DNA from: Candidatus Woesearchaeota archaeon
GTDB lineage: Archaea; Nanobdellota; Nanobdellia; Woesearchaeales; JAZDKJ01
DNA: 64,000 nucleotides
NCBI GenBank assembly: GCA_043803105.1
Contig: JAZDKJ010000006.1
Location: 352,001 to 416,000, forward strand
Reading direction: 5' to 3'
In this document: positions 20,426 to 28,416 of the stretch, piece by piece
Layout: each line of letters begins with the position of its first letter
How positions within the stretch are numbered: position 1 is the stretch's first letter
Translations under genes and position numbers: made by a program
Notes under the pieces: model-generated
Seen by the model: the letters and a program-made list of their open reading frames with translations, nothing else
Databases searched by the model: none
What the model was told of the DNA's origin: nothing

Positions 20426-22375
20426 TTATTTCTGCGGTTCGCTCGATGTCCAGTCCTGCTTGCACATGTTGTCGATTGCAGAGTATGCAAAGCTGCCCAG
20501 AGTATAGTCGAGAAGTTTCCATGTCAAATCTCCTGCCAGGGCCTTGTTTGCCTGCTGTTGGGCTTCCCTCTCTGCTATTGCTTTTTGCTCGGCAGGGTCA
20601 TTGTATGCTCCTGCAGTCTTCGCACTCAACACACTGGCGTATACTATTCCATCCGTACCGAGCACTGTTTTTTCCCCACTTAGTGCTATCCTTTCAGACC
20701 TGATTGGCCCACCCTCATCAAATGTGTACTCTGTAACCATGGCCCCTGCTTGTGCAATATAGGTGCTTGATATTGCTCGTGTTGGAGGTGGAAAACTTTG
20801 TGGTGTACACACAGTGGGAGGAAATCCCTGCTTGACATATGCACCGTAAGGATACTCACTGTTAGGTTCTTGGTATTGGTAGTCCTGTTGTGCAAAATAG
20901 ACTTGGGTGAGTGTAGGATCCTGCGCAGCTTGGCTGGCGCTTATGTCTATGATATTTATATCCGGATATATTGTGCTTTTCCAGCAGTTGCAGTTTGTAT
21001 TGAAATGGTAAGAACCTTCTGATGCTATGCTTGATATCTTCCCGTTATACCCGTTTTGGGTTAGGTCAGTTTGGAGTGTAAGATAGCTCATCCCTGATTT
21101 TAGGAGAGGGGTGTTGCCCCCAGCCACAATATAGTAACTGTATTTACCTTCCTTGTCAGTTGCAGATTGGCTATCAATTTTGCTTATTATTATCTGCCCC
21201 TTGTTCCCGTCAAAAACAACCCCTGCCTTCACATCATCAACCGTAACTGAAGGTTTGACTACCTGTCCGTTCTTCGCTACCCCATCATACATTTTGTCTC
21301 CATTCTTGTCAACCAATCTGTAATTATAGGGCACGGGTCTTCCAGACAACCTGTTCTTTATGTCCTCAAAGTGCAGGTCAGTGCATGTTGGTTCATTAAA
21401 GCTCGTTGACATCCAGTTCCATGACTCTGTTACCTGTGATATCATTCCAGGAATGTTGGTGAGCTCCATCAATTTCAATACGCATTTTGGTATGGCTGCC
21501 TGCTTGATGATTTCTCCCAGCTGGCTTGCAAGGTATTTTGCCAGGATTGACATAAGTATCTTAGCCACAGTCTTTAGTATAGAACCTTTCCAGTACATGC
21601 ACAGCGCTTCATCTAGTTGTTTCTCGCATGCCTCTGTTGATATTCCTGCGGTGCACGCCTGTTCGATGCAGCAATTATACACCTGGTAGATTGTCTTGAG
21701 CTTTCTTATGTTAAATAGTATTGCAACTGGGCACAGGCAGTAAGTTGCAGTGTAGATGTTCTCATAAGGATTCAGGTGGAAATCTCCGATAGCCAGGTTT
21801 CCGTACCCTCCGCCTGTTGTTGTCTTTCCAACTCCAACCGTGTTGCTCAGGCTTTCAGAGTTCTGTCCTAGCACCGGCACGTTCTTCACTATTCCTCCGC
21901 ATCCAAACTTTCCTGTGCACCAGCCGCAGCTTACAAGACAGCACAATCCCTGCACTACCGGCAATTTGTACACGCTAGACCATGCCTTAAACACTTTTTG
22001 CATTGCTATGCAAAGTTTGGTGCCAGTGAGTAGTCCAAGCAGGCAGCAGTCCCCTGCCTCGTCTCCTGAGAACCCTATTAAGCTTGATATTGCCGATAGC
22101 ACGATGTCTATGGCGCTCATTACAGTGCATATCATGAGCATTATTGACGCTACGCTCTCAAGCGTTCCTATTACTCCATTGTCAAGCGAGTCAGCTATGC
22201 CTGAGCTTTTCTTGTGCTTCTCAATGCACTGCTGTCCAGCCTCAAGGTCTGTTGTGCCAGTTTCCTCTGTTGCCTTACCAGTAACTGGATTTACCTCTGC
22301 AAATGCGATTGAAGTGCAAAATGGGATGCTGATTATGAGAAAGATTAGGATTTTGGCTACTTGCTGTTTTATCAT
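20426..22375 (-). CDS. Large Cys-rich secreted/membrane protein
   Basis: Signal peptide; many Cys (CC, CxC, CGWC) and amphipathic helices in the N-terminal half. Confidence 0.7.
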   Translation of the reverse strand: MIKQQVAKILIFLIISIPFCTSIAFAEVNPVTGKATEETGTTDLEAGQQCIEKHKKSSGIADSLDNGVIGTLESVASIMLMICTVMSAIDIVLSAISSLIGFSGDEAGDCCLLGLLTGTKLCIAMQKVFKAWSSVYKLPVVQGLCCLVSCGWCTGKFGCGGIVKNVPVLGQNSESLSNTVGVGKTTTGGGYGNLAIGDFHLNPYENIYTATYCLCPVAILFNIRKLKTIYQVYNCCIEQACTAGISTEACEKQLDEALCMYWKGSILKTVAKILMSILAKYLASQLGEIIKQAAIPKCVLKLMELTNIPGMISQVTESWNWMSTSFNEPTCTDLHFEDIKNRLSGRPVPYNYRLVDKNGDKMYDGVAKNGQVVKPSVTVDDVKAGVVFDGNKGQIIISKIDSQSATDKEGKYSYYIVAGGNTPLLKSGMSYLTLQTDLTQNGYNGKISSIASEGSYHFNTNCNCWKSTIYPDINIIDISASQAAQDPTLTQVYFAQQDYQYQEPNSEYPYGAYVKQGFPPTVCTPQSFPPPTRAISSTYIAQAGAMVTEYTFDEGGPIRSERIALSGEKTVLGTDGIVYASVLSAKTAGAYNDPAEQKAIAEREAQQQANKALAGDLTWKLLDYTLGSFAYSAIDNMCKQDWTSSEPQK

Positions 22376-22377
22376 TT

Positions 22378-24549
22378 CTAACTTACCTCTGGCGCAACAA
22401 ACTGTGAATAATCGTTAACTGTGTAATCTACCTGTTTTGTCTTGCCGTCGCAGTTATCATCGACAGTGATCTTTCCGCTTAGCCTGCTGCCATCAATGAC
22501 TGTCTCAGTGATGCTGTTTACCTCAAGGTTCTGGTCTGAGAGGAAATCCACCATGCAGTAGAATTTTATTTTGCTGCCCCTTAGGCTGGTTGCTTTCCAT
22601 CCAAAGTTCCCGTTGCCAATTATCCAAGGTCCTTCGTAGTTGGAATGCGTCAAGGGATTGTTGTCAAAGTCCACTGTCACTGTGTTGTCTCCTTCTTTAT
22701 AGGTTGAGGGCTTTATGACCACGTTGCCTTTGGCCAGCATTCCCACCCGATAGTTTCCGCTTCCTATTATCATGCTCTTCATTGTTGGGTATAGGACAGT
22801 AGGGTTTGCAGACGCCCCGTTTATTGATATTGTTATCTCGTCTTTTGGCCTTGGCTGGTAGCGTGTTTCCTGCAACATTTCTTCAGGTGTTTTTCCGCAG
22901 CTGCTTCGTAAATATCCATTTGTCAGATAATAGTTCTCCAGGAATTTTCTTGCAAGCACAAGCTCCACTTCAATGCTGTAATTCTTCAGTTTCTCCAGTT
23001 TGTATTCGCTTTTTACAGCATCAACAATCGTGCTGTAACCTGCCTTCTGCAACTTAAGCTGGAGCCCTGCGCATTTCGGCAGCTTTAAGGAGGCTCTGCC
23101 GCTGGAGGCTGTCTCTCCTGCATCGCATTCGTTGATTGTGTTGTTGCATTGGAATCTGACACCAACTCCAGGCAATAATCCTGTTTCATTCGTTGTGACT
23201 ACACTAGCCTGCGTGCTTACGTTGTTGCAGTCAAAGACACTTTTCATGGTCTCGCTTCCGAAAAATGCTGTCAGGTTCACTTCGCTATATGGATTCTGTC
23301 CAGTGCACTGCCTGTTCTGGTTTCCGCACAGGAAGAGTTGCATCGGGAAATAAAACGAGAAGCCCTGTTTTTCCTGCACCAAATTACCAATAATCTTGGC
23401 AGAATCGCTGTCTGTGATTTTTATCACCACAGGATGTGTCAAGAAGTACTTGAACCTGTAATCATAAATGCAGAAGCTTGGGAGGAATGGTATGCTTGTC
23501 TGCGATTCCTTGTCCGGGCTAATCACGTTGCCGCTTGTGGGTTTGATGTCAAATTTGTTATCTGATTGTGCAGGGTAACTGAATTCTACGCTTATTGAGC
23601 TAAGATTTTCGAAATAATTCCTGATAAAGCTGTCATAAACTCCCTGGACTGAAGCGTCGTTTGAAATCACTCTTTCAAACTTTGTTCCGGCCATCTTTAG
23701 GTATGGAAAATTTTTTGAAAGTATGCCTTCAAGATTTTCCTTGACTTCATCTTTCGTCCATGTTACGTATTTGCAATCTGTGCTTGAGTCAGAGAAGCTG
23801 AACGGCGGAAGGTCTTTTGCTCCCTTTTCTGCCCCGGTATAGCTGTACAGAGAAATCAGTGACTTTGCGTGGTCTTCAAGATAAGTGTCTGCAAACTCTC
23901 TTGTGACTAATTCCATAGCTATCTCATGGATCAGCGCCAGGTTTACATCCACCTGATAATTGTAGTTGTCCACTTCATACTGTTTTTCGTTCTGTGTGAT
24001 CTGGATTGGCCAGTGAAGATCAATTGTTGCCTGTTTGCCGAACCTCACTGTGGTGTTTATTGTTCCAGTCTTGATAACATAACTTTTTTTTCTGAAGACC
24101 TCAAAGTCCGTGCATCTCGGCAGGTTTTCTGTGATGTATCTAGCTAGCTCATTTTGCATGTAATCTGTTGAAGGTACAGAAATCGAATCTTCGGTGATCC
24201 AGTAAGGGACCTTGTTCTTTCCTGTGGCGTCAATAACCTGAATCATGCTCCCAGTTTTAACCACAGTCCTATCGCCGCTTATGCCTGTTGTTTGTAGCTC
24301 GGTAGGAATGTATATGAACCCCGCCTGAAGCCCAAGGATTTCTATTCCTGAATTTGCATAATCACTTAGACACTGTTCCACATATGTCTTAACCTGTTGA
24401 GCAGGCTCTGCAAGTTGTAATGCCCTTACCTGTTCGACCTGGATTGGCTGCTCTGTTGTTCTTGCCCAGCTAAAGTAGAAGATTGCCGCAGCTATCAGCA
24501 TGATTATTCCGATGATTATGAATATGGTTATCTGTCCTCTTTTTTCCAT
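22378..24549 (-). CDS. Large extracellular protein with class III (prepilin-type) signal peptide
   Basis: MEKRG|QITIFIIIGIIMLI; VKTYVEQCL...LGLQAG. Confidence 0.75.
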   Translation of the reverse strand: MEKRGQITIFIIIGIIMLIAAAIFYFSWARTTEQPIQVEQVRALQLAEPAQQVKTYVEQCLSDYANSGIEILGLQAGFIYIPTELQTTGISGDRTVVKTGSMIQVIDATGKNKVPYWITEDSISVPSTDYMQNELARYITENLPRCTDFEVFRKKSYVIKTGTINTTVRFGKQATIDLHWPIQITQNEKQYEVDNYNYQVDVNLALIHEIAMELVTREFADTYLEDHAKSLISLYSYTGAEKGAKDLPPFSFSDSSTDCKYVTWTKDEVKENLEGILSKNFPYLKMAGTKFERVISNDASVQGVYDSFIRNYFENLSSISVEFSYPAQSDNKFDIKPTSGNVISPDKESQTSIPFLPSFCIYDYRFKYFLTHPVVIKITDSDSAKIIGNLVQEKQGFSFYFPMQLFLCGNQNRQCTGQNPYSEVNLTAFFGSETMKSVFDCNNVSTQASVVTTNETGLLPGVGVRFQCNNTINECDAGETASSGRASLKLPKCAGLQLKLQKAGYSTIVDAVKSEYKLEKLKNYSIEVELVLARKFLENYYLTNGYLRSSCGKTPEEMLQETRYQPRPKDEITISINGASANPTVLYPTMKSMIIGSGNYRVGMLAKGNVVIKPSTYKEGDNTVTVDFDNNPLTHSNYEGPWIIGNGNFGWKATSLRGSKIKFYCMVDFLSDQNLEVNSITETVIDGSRLSGKITVDDNCDGKTKQVDYTVNDYSQFVAPEVS

Positions 24550-25271
24550 ATGAACCTCTCTGTGTAATGAGCATAATAGTTTCGTGCCCAGCTGATTAGT
24601 GGCAGTGCTATCATAACCATCACTAACAGCTTGAAGAACTGGTCTAATCTAGGGAGCACAAGAAATCGCAATATCACAACCATGAATCCTATCACCGCGT
24701 AGGGAACCACAAATTTATGGAACCTGCATCCAGTCCAGAAAAGCGCCTTGATGGATTTTTTTATGCTCCGCGTTCTGGCATAAGAGAAAAGTATAATGGT
24801 GTTGAAGTGCAATGTAGCCATCCCAATGATGACAAACAGGACATTATTATTCAGTTTGATTATTGAAAACAAGGCAATTACGATTGCGACACATAACAGG
24901 CCATAGTTGAGCAACGCCATTTGCCAGAAGTCTTTCAAGGAAAATCTCGTGCCAACCAGCCTGCTCCATATAATCCCTTTGAAGAGGCTAAACTCCGCTA
25001 TTGCTGCCACAAAGAACAATCCTATCAAAATGAACAGCGTCGAAAGAAAACCTGCCAGCATATGTAACTGTTCCTGCGCATGGGCTGGGTCAATTGCTGC
25101 ATTTAGGTTTACCGGCGTGGTTGCCCTGACTGTCAATGCCCACACAAGAAAGGTGCAGAATAGCGTAGCATAGAAAAGCAGGTCATAGCCATAGGCCACT
25201 AGAATCTTCTTGACTTCAAGACTTTGCAGAAGAACCTTAAGTTCCTGCTTAAAATACCCTCTTTCAGTCAC
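24528..25271 (-). CDS. Polytopic membrane protein
   Basis: About six hydrophobic segments. Confidence 0.65.
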   Translation of the reverse strand: MTERGYFKQELKVLLQSLEVKKILVAYGYDLLFYATLFCTFLVWALTVRATTPVNLNAAIDPAHAQEQLHMLAGFLSTLFILIGLFFVAAIAEFSLFKGIIWSRLVGTRFSLKDFWQMALLNYGLLCVAIVIALFSIIKLNNNVLFVIIGMATLHFNTIILFSYARTRSIKKSIKALFWTGCRFHKFVVPYAVIGFMVVILRFLVLPRLDQFFKLLVMVMIALPLISWARNYYAHYTERFIWKKEDR

Positions 25272-25297
25272 AGATCTTTCTCAGACTGCAGCCCTAT

Positions 25298-26005
25298 TTA
25301 TATCTTTTTATGGATGTCCTTTACCTTGCCGAAATCCAATATTTCTCCATCAGAGACCACATAGGCCTCAAAGTCCCGGATTTTATTGTATGGTCCTAAC
25401 AAATCATCGCTTGTGATGTCAGTTCCGTAGCTGGCTGAGCTGAATGATGGCATCACTATCAAGTCTGCCTTGCCATATTTTCCCTTCAGAAAACACTTGT
25501 AAGTCTCTGCCCTGGCCCCTTCCCTGATGGTTATTGCAGGATGCATATGCCCGATTATTATTGTCTTTGCTTTCTTTGGAATCTTCTGCTCGACATGCCC
25601 ATGCATGAGAAAGACATCATCTATCATTATGTTGTCCACTATCCGTACATTCTTTTTCTTTGCTATTGGTTCGAGTATGATGTCATGGTTGCCCTTGATT
25701 AGCGTGACTTTTGCTGACTTGCTTAAAAGATCAAGCACCTTCATTGTCTCTCTCCATTCCTGGCTAGACACCTCTCCAAATTCGTGCTTGACGTCGCCAT
25801 TTATGATGATATGTTCTGGTTTTGTTTTTGCCATTATCTTTTCGAGTTGTTTCAATAATTCGCGGAGCTGAAACCTAGGTATGAAGAAGCCCTGCTTGTT
25901 CAATGCCTCCTCAAAGCCAATGTGCAGGTCAGAAATGACCAGTGTCTTACATTTCTTAAGGTGCAAGGCAAGGTCGATTATCTCGATTCCAGGATGTATT
26001 TCCAT
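25298..26005 (-). CDS. Metallophosphoesterase (calcineurin-like, Lhr-associated type)
   Basis: SDLHIG, GDVKH, KGNHD, MHGH, GHMHP, MPSF. Confidence 0.9.
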   Translation of the reverse strand: MEIHPGIEIIDLALHLKKCKTLVISDLHIGFEEALNKQGFFIPRFQLRELLKQLEKIMAKTKPEHIIINGDVKHEFGEVSSQEWRETMKVLDLLSKSAKVTLIKGNHDIILEPIAKKKNVRIVDNIMIDDVFLMHGHVEQKIPKKAKTIIIGHMHPAITIREGARAETYKCFLKGKYGKADLIVMPSFSSASYGTDITSDDLLGPYNKIRDFEAYVVSDGEILDFGKVKDIHKKI

Positions 26006-26076
26006 GAGCTGTGCAAAACCAGGTGGCTATAAAAGCTTTAGTAAAAAATATAAACCCTGATTGCCCGCCTTGTATT

Positions 26077-26433
26077 ATGAGAGAAACACAGGAGATAATA
26101 AAGAAATTCAATGATGAGCGGGCTTGGAGCACCCCACACAGCATCAAGGACCTGATGCTTAACATGAACGAGGAGATCGGCGAGTTCTGGACCTTGATAA
26201 AATAGGTTGACATCCCAACTCAGCAGAGGCTCATAAAAGAGAACAAAGCTGAGGTCGAGAATTTTGTTGGTGACATGATTTATCTCATCCTCAAGATAGC
26301 CTATCTTTGCGAAATAGATTCCAAAAAGGCCATTGATGATGTAATGCAGGAATATGAGATGCGCTTCCCAAAGGAGCAGACTAAGGGCAGGCACGGCAAC
26401 AAGCTTGCAGGCGGCATCGACCTTAAAGAATAA
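26077..26433 (+). pseudogene. MazG-like/dCTP pyrophosphatase interrupted by in-frame TAG at 26203-26205
   Basis: KFNDERAW..EEIGEFWTLIK*VDI...EVENFVGDMIYL...EYEMRFP continues in frame to TAA 26431-26433. Confidence 0.75.
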
Positions 26434-26435
26434 AT

Positions 26436-26567
26436 TTATTCCAGCACAAAGCCGCACTTCTTGCAGAACAATTCATCATTTTCAAAGACTACGCTGTCGC
26501 TTCCGCACTCAGGGCAGGTCTTCTCCTTGTCCTCGTTCTTCAAGTCATTAAGTGAGTGCTCATTCAT
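26436..26567 (-). CDS. TFIIB-type zinc-ribbon microprotein (43 aa), not in ORF track
   Basis: ..KTCPECGSDSVVFENDELFCKKCGFVLE; ATGA coupling to the upstream gene. Confidence 0.75.
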   Translation of the reverse strand: MNEHSLNDLKNEDKEKTCPECGSDSVVFENDELFCKKCGFVLE

Positions 26568-26737
26568 TGCTCTTCCTCTTCAAGCATTTTTTTAACCCTT
26601 CGTGCCTTTTCTTCGACTTTTTCCAGGAGCTCAAGGTCGCTGAAATTCTCTTTTGCACAGCTGTCGCAATAATAGTCAGAAGTGTCCTTTATCTGGAACT
26701 GGGCATCGGTGCCGCAGATGATGCATTTCTTGGGCAT
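26564..26737 (-). CDS. Small zinc-finger protein
   Basis: MPKKCIICG...YYCDSCA; start moved to ATG 26737. Confidence 0.7.
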   Translation of the reverse strand: MPKKCIICGTDAQFQIKDTSDYYCDSCAKENFSDLELLEKVEEKARRVKKMLEEEEQ

Positions 26738-26807
26738 GAGATTCTTACAATGTTTGTGCTGCTTAAAAAGGTTTTGGTTTTGCTTTTGCGGTTTTAAGTC
26801 GACAGAA

Positions 26808-27083
26808 TCATTCAAGCCCAAAGGATTCGACAAACTCTGTGATCAGTTTGTACTTGTTCAGGTATTCGTATCCCTTTTCGGTTAGCGAGTAGGTTCTTCC
26901 GTCCTTTGTGGTGTGCTGTACCATGAATCCTTTTCCCATGAGTTCAGTCAGGTACTCGTCCATCATGACATGGGAAAGGTTTGATTTGTAGAGTATGTGT
27001 GTGGGCTTTATTCTGCCGTCTCTCTCCCTTATGGCATTCAGGATGTCATGTATTACCTGAAGCCTGTCCCGCTTCTTGCTCAT
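26808..27083 (-). CDS. Winged-helix transcription regulator
   Basis: KRDRLQVIHDIL..PTHILYKSNLS..YL..L..Y.LTEKG. Confidence 0.85.
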   Translation of the reverse strand: MSKKRDRLQVIHDILNAIRERDGRIKPTHILYKSNLSHVMMDEYLTELMGKGFMVQHTTKDGRTYSLTEKGYEYLNKYKLITEFVESFGLE

Positions 27084-27742
27084 TTTTTTACAATCAAAAT
27101 AAGATCTATAAGTATCAAGATATATGCTATCATCTCAAGGCCGTGCGCGATGAAGTAAAAAACTGCGTGGTTGACCGAGAAAATAAAGTGTATGCTTCCA
27201 AACAGGAGGAATGTAAACGCAACAAATACCATCAAGGTTTTTCCTTGCTTGTTTCCAAGAAAATTCATAAGGTAGTGTGATGTCACAAATATCAGAAGTA
27301 TGCTTGAAATGATGTAGTATGCATACAGTTTGTTTGCACTGAGCAGAAGCGCAAAAAGGGAGAGCAGGAACACCAAATACCAGAGCTTCGGGCCTCTTGT
27401 TTTGAATGACATGTAGACAAGAGTGACAAGCGCTGTTATGAACAGTAGGATATGCGTGTAAATGCCCACAAAATTGAGAATTGCAACATTGTTCAGCTGT
27501 ATGAGCCTTGAGATGCCTTCGTTTAGCTCGGTCATGACTGCGTAATTCATTGCAGATTGCACAAAATACGCAATTGAAAACAGCAAGAACGCTATTCCAA
27601 AAAGCCTGGATTGTTTTTGGTCGGAAAGCTTGTACACCTTAAAGGCAAAGATACTTACTGCCATGGTGATGATAGCAAAAGTGAACTGCAGCGCAACATC
27701 GTAACCAAGAAACCAGGCCGGTATTAGGTAAATATGAGGCAT
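27080..27742 (-). CDS. Seven-TM membrane protein
   Basis: About seven hydrophobic helices; stop overlaps the wHTH start. Confidence 0.7.
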   Translation of the reverse strand: MPHIYLIPAWFLGYDVALQFTFAIITMAVSIFAFKVYKLSDQKQSRLFGIAFLLFSIAYFVQSAMNYAVMTELNEGISRLIQLNNVAILNFVGIYTHILLFITALVTLVYMSFKTRGPKLWYLVFLLSLFALLLSANKLYAYYIISSILLIFVTSHYLMNFLGNKQGKTLMVFVAFTFLLFGSIHFIFSVNHAVFYFIAHGLEMIAYILILIDLILIVKK

Positions 27743-27879
27743 TTATCCTTGATAAACAGTCTGCCTTTTTTAAGGTTTATGGAACATTCTTTCAGAATAA
27801 TCTTCAGTATAACTCTTTAACAACGAATAAATAAAAGCCTTTGCTATTGATTTCTAACAGCTAAATGGAGGTGGGTGTA

Positions 27880-27999
27880 ATGAAAACCCGTCAAGACTAT
27901 ACGCATGAATTGAAGGCCAAGGAGGCAAGGATATCTGCATATGAGCCTGACTACATCAGGACAATTTATGACTTTGACTTTGAGGAGGTGCAAGCATGA
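27880..27999 (+). CDS. 39-aa small ORF
   Basis: SD GGAGGTG upstream; MKTRQDYTHELKAKEARISAYEPDYIRTIYDFDFEEVQA. Confidence 0.55.
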   Translation: MKTRQDYTHELKAKEARISAYEPDYIRTIYDFDFEEVQA

Positions 28000-28115
28000 G
28001 GGTCGAGGATTATGAGTTCCTGCTTGTGGGCGACATATACCATTGGCAGCTGGATGGGCAGGGCCGCATTATGATTATGGAGAACGTCAGCCAAAAGCCT
28101 GCTACGTCTTATTAA
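27996..28115 (+). CDS. 39-aa small ORF
   Basis: SD GGAGGTG and ATGA overlap; MRVEDYEFLLVGDIYHWQLDGQGRIMIMENVSQKPATSY. Confidence 0.55.
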   Translation: MRVEDYEFLLVGDIYHWQLDGQGRIMIMENVSQKPATSY

Positions 28116-28185
28116 AATTTTATTTTTATTGTTCAAACAAAGGCTTATCTATTTGATAAGGTCAAATTGTAGTTGAGGTGAAAAT

Positions 28186-28416
28186 ATGCCTATGATGTAT
28201 GATTATGGTTACGGCCATGGATGGGGATCCTTCGGAGCCTTTTGGATGATAGTCTTTTGGGCTGCATTGATTTGGTTTATTGTCTGGCTCGTAAGGAGGA
28301 GCGATTGGCACTCGATGCGCGGCACAGAATCCTTAGAGATTGTAAGGCAAAGATACGCAAAAGGAGATATAACCAAGAAGCAGTTTGATGAGATGAAAAA
28401 GGACCTTAATGGTTAA
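28186..28416 (+). CDS. SHOCT-domain small membrane protein
   Basis: One TM then LEIVRQRYAKGDITKKQFDEMKKDL. Confidence 0.85.
   Translation: MPMMYDYGYGHGWGSFGAFWMIVFWAALIWFIVWLVRRSDWHSMRGTESLEIVRQRYAKGDITKKQFDEMKKDLNG

Noticed and set aside
26203-26205. Pyrrolysine or alternative genetic code
   Set aside because: Single case at a probable Trp position; TAG ends other genes normally; no pyl genes seen
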